Notes: generated by a model from the letters alone, not told the origin. A DNA stretch of 64,000 nt from an uncultured Gammaproteobacteria bacterium (GCA_964394405.1 CAYMVY010000003.1:29224-93223); one strand, 5' to 3'. Positions 29,701 to 36,817 are shown, numbered from the stretch's first letter. Numbers and translations: made by a program.

Positions 29701-29858
29701 TGTATCAGTTTCAAGTCGAGAGCACTGATTCTTCTGGTAATACCACTCGTTCAAAGACATACACTCTTTTGACCCCACGAAAAGAAGAATCAGTCTTCCA
29801 GATTATTACAGGTAATTTTGAAAGTATCTTCTCATGGGTAGGAAAACTGAGGAGTTAG
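23721..29858 (+). CDS. Giant (2045 aa) single-pass surface protein with an N-terminal cytoplasmic basic segment and TM helix. The extracellular part has Kelch/beta-propeller-like repeats and at least eight fibronectin-III-like modules.
   Basis: TM AVVSQALFLFIIIKLGIFVFYY. Repeated GG..FYKF/YRF blades. Fn3-like modules each start (T/S)ITW(D/T)T(D/N).. and end ..YY(F/Y)(R/Y)V.S.D..GN (for example VTITWDTDEVSDSYVDY..TTYYFRVRSIDPDGNQG). Gly8 linker at aa ~1545. Confidence 0.8.
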   Translation: MPGKRRTVQATRNPSPSRGGRLRAWHKYVAWQELLNSYQLSKKTQKNSDTHTDRFYLEKQIVWHYFKNFFLFPVWFFKLLTPSYFKGPVNVWTNLHTILRSHEFRPLRMAVVSQALFLFIIIKLGIFVFYYQSTPAYTATYGWIQTNWIGGVSTTAAATHTSDRTGWTQYTSSTLVSVYASPGNVVIATSSYTTTDDATLTTDGLASGGGFGNGATSTVEVSGGDVTLSVASAGGEVLDWDSAPLTLPATISGTDDGNGVMVTDGDDAFYILRGGGTTGFYKFVPSTATTSTLTSVPSAIPPNGGGGSLVLSGNYIYVYSGGNSGPKFYAYSIADDSWTTLTNPPSAPYGDGIGSSMAADASGNIYLAAGGATTNFYKYTVSTAPSGSWSSAYTFGSSVRRGSRAIYDSVNNDILVLSGNNGHSVFKFDIDSSTVTSYAGANNDPGFTTGATMAVDTTNNRVYALSGQSYGYMEILNLSNGTWNSRQSSSTPVGSDAGAYMIKKEGEKRIYTSFGGTSFYYFSTDGAGSWQMTSNTSPVPASMGQGATLIRHGNDEIYALLGGGSSAIYRFAINSGTQYNTSGNLISATIDLKFASSTYISWSATTPANTGSNAVKFQVAANTDNSTWNYVGPDGTASTYFTTSNTALPDSLNGKRYYRYKAYLTTSNSSYTPTLHSVTFTYDSYRTSGGIASSPFNTLDGTNVPASIAWTQTVPTGTSIKFQVRTSADNNTWTSWMGPDGTEGTYFTDNTGAQDMPAALSDGTNDNWIQYQAYFVSDGTATPVLADATFTYVVNAPPEISITSSTLSVASDGVLTVDYTVRDIDTDTGATTGYVAVSLQYCTANCSSSGSETWATAAAGSLTGNFGSSVTVNALSPTEYTSHSLTWTPTSSYNNQYNGSTFKIRLVADDSEAANNTGNDESNVFVLDTTDPVVSLVIDGRTSTTTLTFSVTEDTQLGMQMKLSNNSSLASDGLNADSGTWIPYASTSTWNLGSGGTTVYYQIKDRYGNVSAGNAISSGQTPQIPGNLFFKDISNAETSEWREFIAWQIIDEPTPGFSKYTIYRSTDGSTYEELATQVSRVINYYLDTDIDTGTTYYYKVTSHDTSGNVSSYSTVVSDDPNGTGGTDVASPSITNVATSTITPDSVTITWDTDEVSDSYVDYITVAGGDFSGANTVGITTMRDTEDGLGEHSVVLTDLTPETTYYFRVRSIDPDGNQGTGTQEPNGYSFTTLSGPTISNVITSEILNTEATITWTTNQESDSYVVFSTSSSFTASTTVGSPTSVTSHSVTLPSLTQNTTYFYYVVSGISVDKNTVEGQHEYYSFTTTADLTAPTITFDVDDDVTVSDTSIIVTFVTNEPATSSLQYGTSGAYGSSQINNNLNTDHRYSLTDLLPGTLYYFSLQVSDEDENVSSATQFNATTTNSADVTAPTISSVTTTVVTDDQALIEWSTDEGATGRVWYGTTSGIYGSSSNLSSSYNRSHAITLSSLTTSTAYYYIVASVDSSGNSATSSEYGFTTLETLTPESEVILREEEARAEGEDEGRAAASSGGGGGGGGSSSDKTAPIISGATVTDITSQSATFTWNTDEAGDSVVEFGETNAYGRGGLIFENTKNHKIVLTDLDPLTKYFYRLSSADAAGNRSTFFESSFSTLSLLEDANTIASTTASDDLETEEVQESFLASLEKVTDFIRTMATRVSVGVLESSLLKQSDLVLELSSLLPLPAIGGQPVVETGSTYATVSWTTDKESNSLVSFASDADYLLSKQYTQTVGDSELMTTQHSVEIRGLQPSTLYHYRVISRTQTGAETRSQDFVFQTKAESTEIETHKIDIISSEEAVFSWNTTIPTESIVSYIPYRNGVLDIDAKQFVKDKSLTTKHSLHVKNLEAGVLYDIEISGIDSGGNTVSKTIKGFSTNDEDLPPIISQVTTDSAILPGGNDKIQVIISWITNEFSTTKVYYLKGFSGENTEFKDSTPLDSNYTKKHIAVIANFEPGFVYQFQVESTDSSGNTTRSKTYTLLTPRKEESVFQIITGNFESIFSWVGKLRS

Positions 29859-29917
29859 TATAGGATTTCTTTATACTGAAGACGTTATTTTTTGTGATAG
29901 AAGGGTTTGTTTTTTAT

Positions 29918-29946
29918 TTGACAAAACTCTTATTTTCACCTATAGT
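29918..29946 (+). promoter_or_regulatory. Promoter TTGACA-17-TATAGT for the glyQS leader
   Basis: ttgacaaaactcttattttcacctatagt. Confidence 0.45.
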
Positions 29947-29952
29947 TTTGTA

Positions 29953-30125
29953 TAGATTATTGCCGTACTTGAGCACTGCATTGACGAGGGTTGGCCCCCC
30001 TCTGAGCAGGTTTGTGTATAGGCAAAAAGTGTCTCCCGACTCAGTCGGGAGGAACTTGGGTGGAACCCCCCCCGACGTACGTCGGGAGGCCCAAGACCAT
30101 TACTGTGGTCTTTTTTTATTCAAAA
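29953..30125 (+). promoter_or_regulatory. Candidate T-box leader (glycine-type) upstream of glyQS
   Basis: T-box-like aacuuGGGUGGAACC (UGGA variant expected for discriminator-U tRNAGly). Competing hairpins ucucccgac-uca-gucgggagg / ccccgacg-ua-cgucgggagg. Terminal hairpin aagacca-uuacug-uggucuu followed by UUUUUUU. Confidence 0.45.
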
Positions 30126-30140
30126 TTAGTCTTCGATCGT

Positions 30141-31457
30141 ATGTCTCAGTCTCAAGATAAAATGGAATCACTAATTTCGCTTGCAAAACGCAGAGGATTT
30201 ATTTTTCCTGGAAGTGACATCTATGGTGGCCTCGCTAATGCGTGGGATTTTGGACCACTGGGAGCACAGATGAAGAAAAATATTAAAGATTTGTGGTGGA
30301 AAATGTTTGTTGAGTCTCGCCCCGACATGGTCGGGCTCGATGGAGCAATTCTTATGAATCCAAAAGTGTGGGAAGCGAGTGGACATGTGGCGACATTTAA
30401 TGATCCATTGGTTGAATGTAAAAATTGTCATGGACGTTTTCGTGCTGATCATGTAGACATTACCAAGAATTGTCCGATTTGTGGCAAGAAAGATTGGACT
30501 GAATCAAAACAATTCAATCTGATGTTCAAAACATTTGTTGGTCCTTCTGAAGAGAGTGCTAATGCTGTGTATCTCCGTCCAGAAACGGCACAGGCGATGT
30601 TTGTAAATTTTAGAAATGTTGCAATAACTACACGCAAACGACTTCCCTTTGGAATGGCACAAATTGGAAAAGCATTCCGTAATGAAATTACTCCCGGAAA
30701 TTTTATTTTTCGCACACTCGAATTTGAGCAAATGGAAATTGAATATTTTGTAGAAGAGAATAGTTGGGAAAAACTTTTTGAAAACTGGCTTAAGGATGCG
30801 TATTCTTTTGCCAACGCATTGGGAATCAAAACAGATCTTATGCACGATTTTGAAGTCCCTGACGATGAGCGTGCACATTATTCCAAGCGGACAGTCGATA
30901 TTATGTTTGAGTTTCCATTTGGGCAGAAGGAATTGTGGGGACTTGCATATCGAGGAGACTATGATTTGAAGCAACATGAAACACATTCGAAGCAATCTCT
31001 TGAGTACACTGATCCGGACGATAATAAGCGAAAAATAATTCCGCATGTGATTGAACCATCATTTGGAGTTGAACGAACACTCCTTGCTACTTTGGTTTCT
31101 GCATATGAGGAGCAGGTAGTAAAAGAAGGGGACACGCGGATTGTATTACACCTGAAGCCAGCAATCGCGCCCTATCATATTGCGGTATTACCACTTATGA
31201 AAAAAGATGGTCTTGCTGAAAAGGCACATGAATTGTATACAGAATTACTGAAACATTTCAGAGTGGATTATGATGAGTCAGGGAGTGTGGGTAAACGCTA
31301 TCGGAGACACGATGAAATCGGAACTCCGTATTGTGTGACTGTTGATTATGAATCAAAAGATGATAATTGTGTGACGGTTCGTGACCGTGATACAATGACA
31401 CAGGAGAGGGTGAAGATGGGCGAGTTGAATGAGTATTTGCGAGGGAAGATGGTGTAA
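30141..31457 (+). CDS. glyQS: Glycine--tRNA ligase (alpha2 homodimeric GlyQS type)
   Basis: FIFPGSDIYGGLANAWDFGPLG, class II motifs and anticodon-binding C-terminus. ATG at 30141 inside a longer ORF. Confidence 0.9.
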   Translation: MSQSQDKMESLISLAKRRGFIFPGSDIYGGLANAWDFGPLGAQMKKNIKDLWWKMFVESRPDMVGLDGAILMNPKVWEASGHVATFNDPLVECKNCHGRFRADHVDITKNCPICGKKDWTESKQFNLMFKTFVGPSEESANAVYLRPETAQAMFVNFRNVAITTRKRLPFGMAQIGKAFRNEITPGNFIFRTLEFEQMEIEYFVEENSWEKLFENWLKDAYSFANALGIKTDLMHDFEVPDDERAHYSKRTVDIMFEFPFGQKELWGLAYRGDYDLKQHETHSKQSLEYTDPDDNKRKIIPHVIEPSFGVERTLLATLVSAYEEQVVKEGDTRIVLHLKPAIAPYHIAVLPLMKKDGLAEKAHELYTELLKHFRVDYDESGSVGKRYRRHDEIGTPYCVTVDYESKDDNCVTVRDRDTMTQERVKMGELNEYLRGKMV

Positions 31458-31487
31458 ATCACAGATGAATTGCAATAGTTAAGATTC

Positions 31488-31598
31488 AATTATTCTAATT
31501 ATACTAATTGACCTAATTATTCTAAAAATTTAGCAGTAAATTAATAGAATGTGTAGGTGTTTAGGTTAATTAGAATAATTAGAGTAATTAGAATAATT
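31488..31598. repeat. Intergenic TIR element, family A copy 2
   Basis: aattattctaattatactaattgacctaattattctaaaaa ... ttaggttaattagaataattagagtaattagaataatt. Ends match copy 1 nearly exactly and the interior diverges. Confidence 0.6.
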
Positions 31599-31606
31599 TG
31601 TTGTCT

Positions 31607-32866
31607 ATGTTTGAACGATATAATTTGAAAAATGGAGCTGAGGTTTGTCTGGTCCCTCTGAAAGATGCACAGTCAGTGACGGTGCTCATTATGTTTCCCG
31701 TTGGTTCGCGCTATGAGACGTCTACGTTAAATGGTGCTTCACATTTTATTGAACATTTATTTTTTAAGGGTACGAAGAAACGTCCAAACACTCTCAAGCT
31801 TACGAGTGAAATCGATCGGCTAGGTGCTGAGTATAATGCGTTTACTAGCAAAGAATATACGGGATACTATATCAAGAGCGCTGCGAAATATCTTGAGACC
31901 AGTCTTGATATTCTTTCTGATATGCTTTTTAATTCTCTTTTTGATCCTAAAGAAATGGAGAGAGAGAAGAAAGTGGTTGCAGAAGAGCTAAAGATGTATA
32001 AAGATAACCCACTCATGAATATTGAGACTGTATTTGAAAATACTCTCTATAAAGGGAGTCCGTTGGGGTGGGATATCGGGGGAACAGTGAAGCATGTGCT
32101 TAATTATAAGAGAGAGGATGTACTTACATTTCGAGATACACACTACCTTCCTTCCCAGATGCGAATTGTGATTGCAGGAGCGATTGATACACAGACCACA
32201 CAAATGGTTGAGCAATATTTTGGACATCAGCGATCAAATAAAAAACCGAATCATACGTATAAGCCCGCAGTTTTTGGGTCAACTAAACAAAGTGAGCGTA
32301 TGGTCATCGAACATAAAACAACTGATCAAGTTCAAATGATGGTCGGTTTTCCTGGATTTTCGCATACTGATCCCCGAGTCCATGCTGAAACTGTTATGAA
32401 TACTATTCTCGGAGGATCGATGAGTTCTCGATTATTTATACAAATTCGTGAACGACGCGGACTTGCGTATGTCGTACGCTCAGGGGCGGATCAATTTCGT
32501 GATACGGGATATGCGTTTGTTCGGGCTGGGCTTGAAGCCAAGAATATTAATAAGGCTCTCTCGGTTATTAAAGAACAGATTGAAAAAATAGTAGCAAAAG
32601 GTGTAACCAAAAAAGAACTTGAAGACGCTAAAACCCATATTCGTGGATCATTCACTCTATCTCTTGAGGACTCAAGTGTGCAGGCAAATTATTATGCTCG
32701 ACAACTTCTATTCCATCCAACGATTGAAACACCTGATGAAGTGCTTGCAAAGATTGATCGTGTAACCCATGCTGAGGTACAAAATGTGGCACATAAACTG
32801 TTTAATTGGAAACAGGCGCGACTAGCTATTATCGGCAATGTTGATCGGGAGAAGATTAAGTTTTAA
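31607..32866 (+). CDS. M16-family zinc peptidase (insulinase-like)
   Basis: Inverted zincin HxxEH motif (HFIEHLFFKGT) plus downstream E. 420 aa. Confidence 0.8.
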   Translation: MFERYNLKNGAEVCLVPLKDAQSVTVLIMFPVGSRYETSTLNGASHFIEHLFFKGTKKRPNTLKLTSEIDRLGAEYNAFTSKEYTGYYIKSAAKYLETSLDILSDMLFNSLFDPKEMEREKKVVAEELKMYKDNPLMNIETVFENTLYKGSPLGWDIGGTVKHVLNYKREDVLTFRDTHYLPSQMRIVIAGAIDTQTTQMVEQYFGHQRSNKKPNHTYKPAVFGSTKQSERMVIEHKTTDQVQMMVGFPGFSHTDPRVHAETVMNTILGGSMSSRLFIQIRERRGLAYVVRSGADQFRDTGYAFVRAGLEAKNINKALSVIKEQIEKIVAKGVTKKELEDAKTHIRGSFTLSLEDSSVQANYYARQLLFHPTIETPDEVLAKIDRVTHAEVQNVAHKLFNWKQARLAIIGNVDREKIKF

Positions 32867-32960
32867 TTATCTGCGAACTACGAAAGAATATGGACGTACG
32901 AAATACGAACCAACTTACCCAGAGGGATTTCGTAGTCCGTATGCATCAATTAATTGTTAA

Positions 32961-33707
32961 TTGTTATATATGAAATACATATTTGGAAATTGGAAAATGT
33001 ATTTGGACGAAAGTGAGAGTATTGCCACTGCACAAAATCTTGCGCAGTTATTTCAGGAACAAAGTCAAATCTCATGTGCTGTTTTTCCAAATACACTTGC
33101 GTTTGCACAAGTTCGGGATATTTTGAAGCATACCGCTCTTGCTGTAGGGGCGCAGAATGTATCCTGGGTTCCTAAGGGCGCGTATACTGGCGCTACTTCA
33201 GCAGAATTGTTCCGTCTCTCCGGCGCGTCACACGCGTTGGTAGGGCATTCGGAGCGTCGATATATTTTTGGTGAAACCGATGATGACGTGAGAAAAAAAA
33301 TAGATGCTTGTGTTGATGCTAGTCTGGTGCCGGTCGTGTGCATCGGAGAAACAAAGAGTGATCGAGAGGAACTCAAAGCAGCGTACCGAGTGAAGAAGCA
33401 AATTATGAAATTATTTGAAGGATTGCGTGATAGTGAGACACAGATCCTGGTTGCCTATGAGCCAGTGTGGGCTATTGGGACCGGGGATGCGTGTGACCCT
33501 GATGAAGCTCTGCGAATGATCTCTCTTATCAAAGAAGAAATTGCCCGATATTATTCAGCAACTGTTCCGGTATTATATGGCGGAAGTGTTGATGAAAAAA
33601 ATGTAGATTCATATCTCTCCCATGGGAATATTGATGGGGTGTTGGTAGGGTCTGCTTCAGCTGATGCTACCAGGTTTTTGAATATTATTAAGCATTCAGT
33701 TTTCTAA
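32961..33707 (+). CDS. tpiA: Triosephosphate isomerase
   Basis: IFGNWKMY, ALVGHSERR, AYEPVWAIGTG, YGGSV motifs. Confidence 0.9.
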   Translation: MLYMKYIFGNWKMYLDESESIATAQNLAQLFQEQSQISCAVFPNTLAFAQVRDILKHTALAVGAQNVSWVPKGAYTGATSAELFRLSGASHALVGHSERRYIFGETDDDVRKKIDACVDASLVPVVCIGETKSDREELKAAYRVKKQIMKLFEGLRDSETQILVAYEPVWAIGTGDACDPDEALRMISLIKEEIARYYSATVPVLYGGSVDEKNVDSYLSHGNIDGVLVGSASADATRFLNIIKHSVF

Positions 33708-33709
33708 GT

Positions 33710-34612
33710 ATGTTGTTTGTTATTTCAATTATACTTGCAATTATTTCCCTCATTACTATTTTAGTGATTATTTGGCGTCACTATAAACAGATTACTCTTC
33801 TCAATGTAGAATCACTTCCTTATATGCGGGAAGAAAAAAAGAAGGATGAATTTATACGAAAAAAAGCTGCACAGAAGAGTTCACAGGTACATGCTCGGGC
33901 ATATGCAGCTTTCGTTATACCTATTATTAATACGGCCACTTCAATTCAACAGCGTTTTAGACGGTTTGTGGGTATGGTTGAGCGGCGCGCCATGATGCAT
34001 GATTCTAAAAAGAGAAAATTTGAGACACCGGAGGAGGAGACTCGACGTGAACTTACGCTCCAGCAGCTGATGCTTGAGGCTGGACGAGATGTAGCGCAGG
34101 AAGACTATGAGACTGCTGAGAAGAGGTATTTGGCAGTGCTCCGACAAGACCCGAAAAATATTGAAGCGTACAAAGGTCTTGCACAGGTCTATCAGAAACA
34201 AGGTCAGTTAATTGAAGCAAAGGAGACATACCAATTCATACTTCATGTAGATCCGTCTGATGAACAGACATTGATTAAATTGGGTGACATATATGAAGAA
34301 GAGGGGAGGCTCGAAAAAGCTGTGGAATATTACGAAGCAGCTGTACTTATTAATCCGCATAATCCGCTTCGTTTTGCGAAATTGTATGACCTATTGTTTG
34401 AATTGAAACAGTATGAAACTGCGCTTGAGGCAATTCAGCAGGCCCTTGAGATTGAGCCTCAAAATCCAAAATACCTTGACAATTTCACTGAAGTAGCTAT
34501 ACTATTGAAGCAAAAAGCATTGGCTGAGAAGGGTTATCATGATCTTCGAATGATCAATCCAGAGAATCAAAAACTTCAATTATTTCGTCAAAGAATTGAC
34601 GAACTCTCGTAG
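33710..34612 (+). CDS. TM-anchored TPR-repeat protein
   Basis: N-terminal TM ISIILAIISLITILVIIW. At least 4 TPR-like units (..AEKRYLAVLRQDPKNIEAYKGLAQVYQKQGQLIEA..). Confidence 0.6.
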   Translation: MLFVISIILAIISLITILVIIWRHYKQITLLNVESLPYMREEKKKDEFIRKKAAQKSSQVHARAYAAFVIPIINTATSIQQRFRRFVGMVERRAMMHDSKKRKFETPEEETRRELTLQQLMLEAGRDVAQEDYETAEKRYLAVLRQDPKNIEAYKGLAQVYQKQGQLIEAKETYQFILHVDPSDEQTLIKLGDIYEEEGRLEKAVEYYEAAVLINPHNPLRFAKLYDLLFELKQYETALEAIQQALEIEPQNPKYLDNFTEVAILLKQKALAEKGYHDLRMINPENQKLQLFRQRIDELS

Positions 34613-34638
34613 TGGTTTTCACTTATATTTATCGTTAG

Positions 34639-34730
34639 CGAGCCGTCTCCCGCCTCCGTCCTCCGATTTGGAGGACTACGGCGGGCAGGTAGCTCAGCTC
34701 CAGTGTCTGAGCAATAGTTTTGTAGTCAGC
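34639..34730 (+). pseudogene. Degenerate 5' half-copy of tRNA-Thr(UGU) interrupted by a 36-nt GC-rich hairpin
   Basis: agcgagccgucuc repeats the flank plus acceptor 5' strand of the intact gene. Then the hairpin cccgcc..ggaggac..ggcggg. Then uagcucagcu..gagcaa..uuuugua, a mutated D-arm/anticodon loop. No 3' half. Confidence 0.4.
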
Positions 34731-34733
34731 GAG

Positions 34734-34806
34734 CCGTCTTAGCTCAGCTGGTAGAGCAACGGTTTTGTAAACCGTCGGTCCGGGGTTCGAATCCCCGAGA
34801 CGGCTC
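34734..34806 (+). tRNA. tRNA-Thr (anticodon UGU)
   Basis: Acceptor GCCGUCU/AGACGGC perfect, D GCUC/GAGC, anticodon stem ACGGU/ACCGU with loop UUUGUAA, T-arm CGGGG-UUCGAAU-CCCCG. No CCA encoded. Confidence 0.85.
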
Positions 34807-34872
34807 GCTGACTATAATCAAGATAGTTAAACGGTTTTGCTTGTCCCGATGAGCGAAAGCGATATCGGGATA

Positions 34873-34911
34873 AACCGTCGGTCCGGGGTTCGAATCCCCG
34901 AGACGGCTCGT
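34873..34911 (+). repeat. Direct duplicate of the 3' half of tRNA-Thr(UGU), from anticodon-stem 3' strand through the acceptor 3' strand
   Basis: aaaccgtcggtccggggttcgaatccccgagacggctcg is identical to positions 34771-34808. The anticodon 5' part aaacggttttg lies at ~34830, separated by a 31-nt hairpin cttgtcccgatgagcgaaagcgatatcggga. Confidence 0.55.
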
Positions 34912-34940
34912 TGATGATAAATTGTTTTCTGTACTATTAT

Positions 34941-35025
34941 GGGTCGATTCCCGAGCGGTCAAAGGGGGCAGACTGTAAATCTGCTGGCTCAGCCTTCGTA
35001 GGTTCGAATCCTACTCGGCCCACCA
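34941..35025 (+). tRNA. tRNA-Tyr (anticodon GUA), long variable arm, CCA encoded
   Basis: Acceptor GGGUCGA/UCGGCCC, anticodon stem GCAGA/UCUGC with loop CUGUAAA, extra arm, T-arm GUAGG-UUCGAAU-CCUAC, ACCA 3' end. Confidence 0.8.
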
Positions 35026-35031
35026 AATTAG

Positions 35032-35057
35032 AAAATCGCTTAATTAAGCGATTTTTG
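35032..35057 (+). terminator. Rho-independent terminator after the tRNA cluster
   Basis: aaaatcgctt-aatt-aagcgatttttg. Confidence 0.6.
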
Positions 35058-35110
35058 TATTAATGTAAGTTTTTGTCTTTTGATACGTCTTATAGTATAG
35101 TCAGGTAGTT

Positions 35111-35617
35111 ATGAGTGAAGACAACCGGCAGAAATTTCTTCAATACTACGATAGCCATGCTGATGCGATATTCCGTCATTGTTTTTTTCGAGTGTATGAT
35201 CGTGAACATGCGAAAGATTTGGTTCAGGAAGTATTTTCGAGAGTATGGGTATCAATGATTGAAGGGGTTCATATTGAGAATGTCTCGGCTTTTCTCTATC
35301 GTATTGCCAATAATTTGATTATTGACCATTCGAGAAAGAAGCATGCATTTTCACTTGACCATCTTATGGAAGAAGGATTTAGCCTCCGTGATAATAGCCA
35401 TATAACACTTGAACGTACGATTGATGCGCAGCAGGTATATACTTTTCTCCGTTCGCTCGATAATAAGTATCAACCAATTGTAGTTATGAGATTTATTGAC
35501 GGGATGAGTCCAAAAGAAATCGCTACAGTACTTGGTTTGAGCGAGAATGTGGTATCAGTCAGGCTTAATCGGGGGATTAAAAAACTACGTACGATCGCAG
35601 AGCAGGCAAATAATTAA
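35111..35617 (+). CDS. ECF-type sigma-70 family RNA polymerase sigma factor
   Basis: Region 2 (..AKDLVQEVFSRVW..YRIANNLIIDH..) and region 4 HTH (MSPKEIATVLGLSENVVSVRLNRGIKKLR). Confidence 0.8.
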   Translation: MSEDNRQKFLQYYDSHADAIFRHCFFRVYDREHAKDLVQEVFSRVWVSMIEGVHIENVSAFLYRIANNLIIDHSRKKHAFSLDHLMEEGFSLRDNSHITLERTIDAQQVYTFLRSLDNKYQPIVVMRFIDGMSPKEIATVLGLSENVVSVRLNRGIKKLRTIAEQANN

Positions 35618-35623
35618 TTTTGT

Positions 35624-36817
35624 ATGAAAGATATTTTTGCACAATTTGAGGAGCAGGCAAAAAAAGTTTCGCTTTCTTCTGAAGAAAAACAAAAAATACG
35701 AGGTCGGTTAATTGTGTTTACAGAGACTAATCAGGCGACAAATCAAGTTACTAAGCTCTCTTCACGAGAGGCAGGGAAAATTTCCAAGTCGAGGATATTT
35801 TTTCAACATTTATTTATTTTAAAATTACGTCCTATGTTTATCGCATTAGTTATCGCATTAGTTTTAGGTGGTAGTACTGTCGCTGCTGCTGAAAATACGT
35901 TGCCCGGAGATACATTGTATCCAATCAAAATTCATGTTAATGAGCAGGTTCGGGATGCTATTGAAATATCCGCAGAAAAACAGGCAGAGTGGGATTTGAA
36001 AAAAGCAGAGCGTCGTCTACTTGAAGCACAAAAATTGGCTCAGCAAGGTAAATTAAACGCTGCAGTTCGTTCTGATATTGAGTCTCGGATTACAGAAAAT
36101 ATTGATCGAGCTAATAAAGCAAAAGGTGATGCGGAGAATAAACAAATTCTTGCTACCACTCTCGGATCATTGTTACGTGCTCATAGCGATATTTTGGATT
36201 CAATTGTGTCATCTACTAGCGGTAAAAATGGTTCACGAGCGGAACTTCAACTCATACTCAATACACTCAGGCAACATACTACAACGACTGTAAGCACCAG
36301 TACACGACCAGGTGCGACTACAAGCACTAGTGTTTTTGCTGAACAGGCTGCTCGGGGTAAATTACAAGCTGCAGAGCATAAATTGGCTGAAGTGGAACGC
36401 TTTATTTCAAAAAAATGGAGTGGATTCACTAGTACGACATCTTTGAGCACTACTACAGTATCACTTGAGACAAAAGTGAAGGCAAAATTATACGCATCTC
36501 GAGACTTGATCGCTCAAGGAAAAATAAAACTTACCGCAGGATTATATCGCGAAGCATTTTACCTGTTTCAAGATTCCATGAATATGGCTCAGGAAGCCAA
36601 GATATTGGTCGCCACTGCTCATGAATTGAAGATTAATCGCAGGGGTGATGACCGTAGAGATGATCGAAATACTACTTCTACAGATTCTCGTAGACAAAAC
36701 GATGATGCTGACAAAAAAGAAGATAAGGATGATGATCGCGAAAAGGAAGATGATTCACGTGGCAGATCAGATAGTCAGCGTAACAATGGTGAGTCGAGAG
36801 GTCGAGGACGAAACTAG
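35624..36817 (+). CDS. Probable anti-sigma factor (single TM, extracytoplasmic helical domain, acidic/basic low-complexity tail)
   Basis: Immediately downstream of the ECF sigma gene. TM FIALVIALVLGGSTVAAA. DUF5667-like helical region. C-terminal R/D/E-rich tail. Confidence 0.5.
   Translation: MKDIFAQFEEQAKKVSLSSEEKQKIRGRLIVFTETNQATNQVTKLSSREAGKISKSRIFFQHLFILKLRPMFIALVIALVLGGSTVAAAENTLPGDTLYPIKIHVNEQVRDAIEISAEKQAEWDLKKAERRLLEAQKLAQQGKLNAAVRSDIESRITENIDRANKAKGDAENKQILATTLGSLLRAHSDILDSIVSSTSGKNGSRAELQLILNTLRQHTTTTVSTSTRPGATTSTSVFAEQAARGKLQAAEHKLAEVERFISKKWSGFTSTTSLSTTTVSLETKVKAKLYASRDLIAQGKIKLTAGLYREAFYLFQDSMNMAQEAKILVATAHELKINRRGDDRRDDRNTTSTDSRRQNDDADKKEDKDDDREKEDDSRGRSDSQRNNGESRGRGRN

Noticed and set aside
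24293-29772. Numerous 60-170-aa ORFs on both strands inside the 6.1-kb giant gene
   Set aside because: They are embedded in a continuous 2045-aa reading frame with a coherent domain architecture. The alternative frames are Ser/Thr/Val-rich artefacts of the repetitive coding sequence.
34830-34911. Intron-containing or split tRNA-Thr interpretation of the third fragment (anticodon loop interrupted after U34-G35 by a 31-nt hairpin)
   Set aside because: No acceptor 5' strand or D-arm precedes it, so a functional tRNA cannot form in cis. It was kept as a duplication or insertion scar. A transcript test is suggested in the findings.
34744-34962. 72-aa minus-strand ORF across the tRNA-Thr/tRNA-Tyr cluster
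   Set aside because: It lies entirely within tRNA genes and their duplicated fragments, so it is a spurious open frame.
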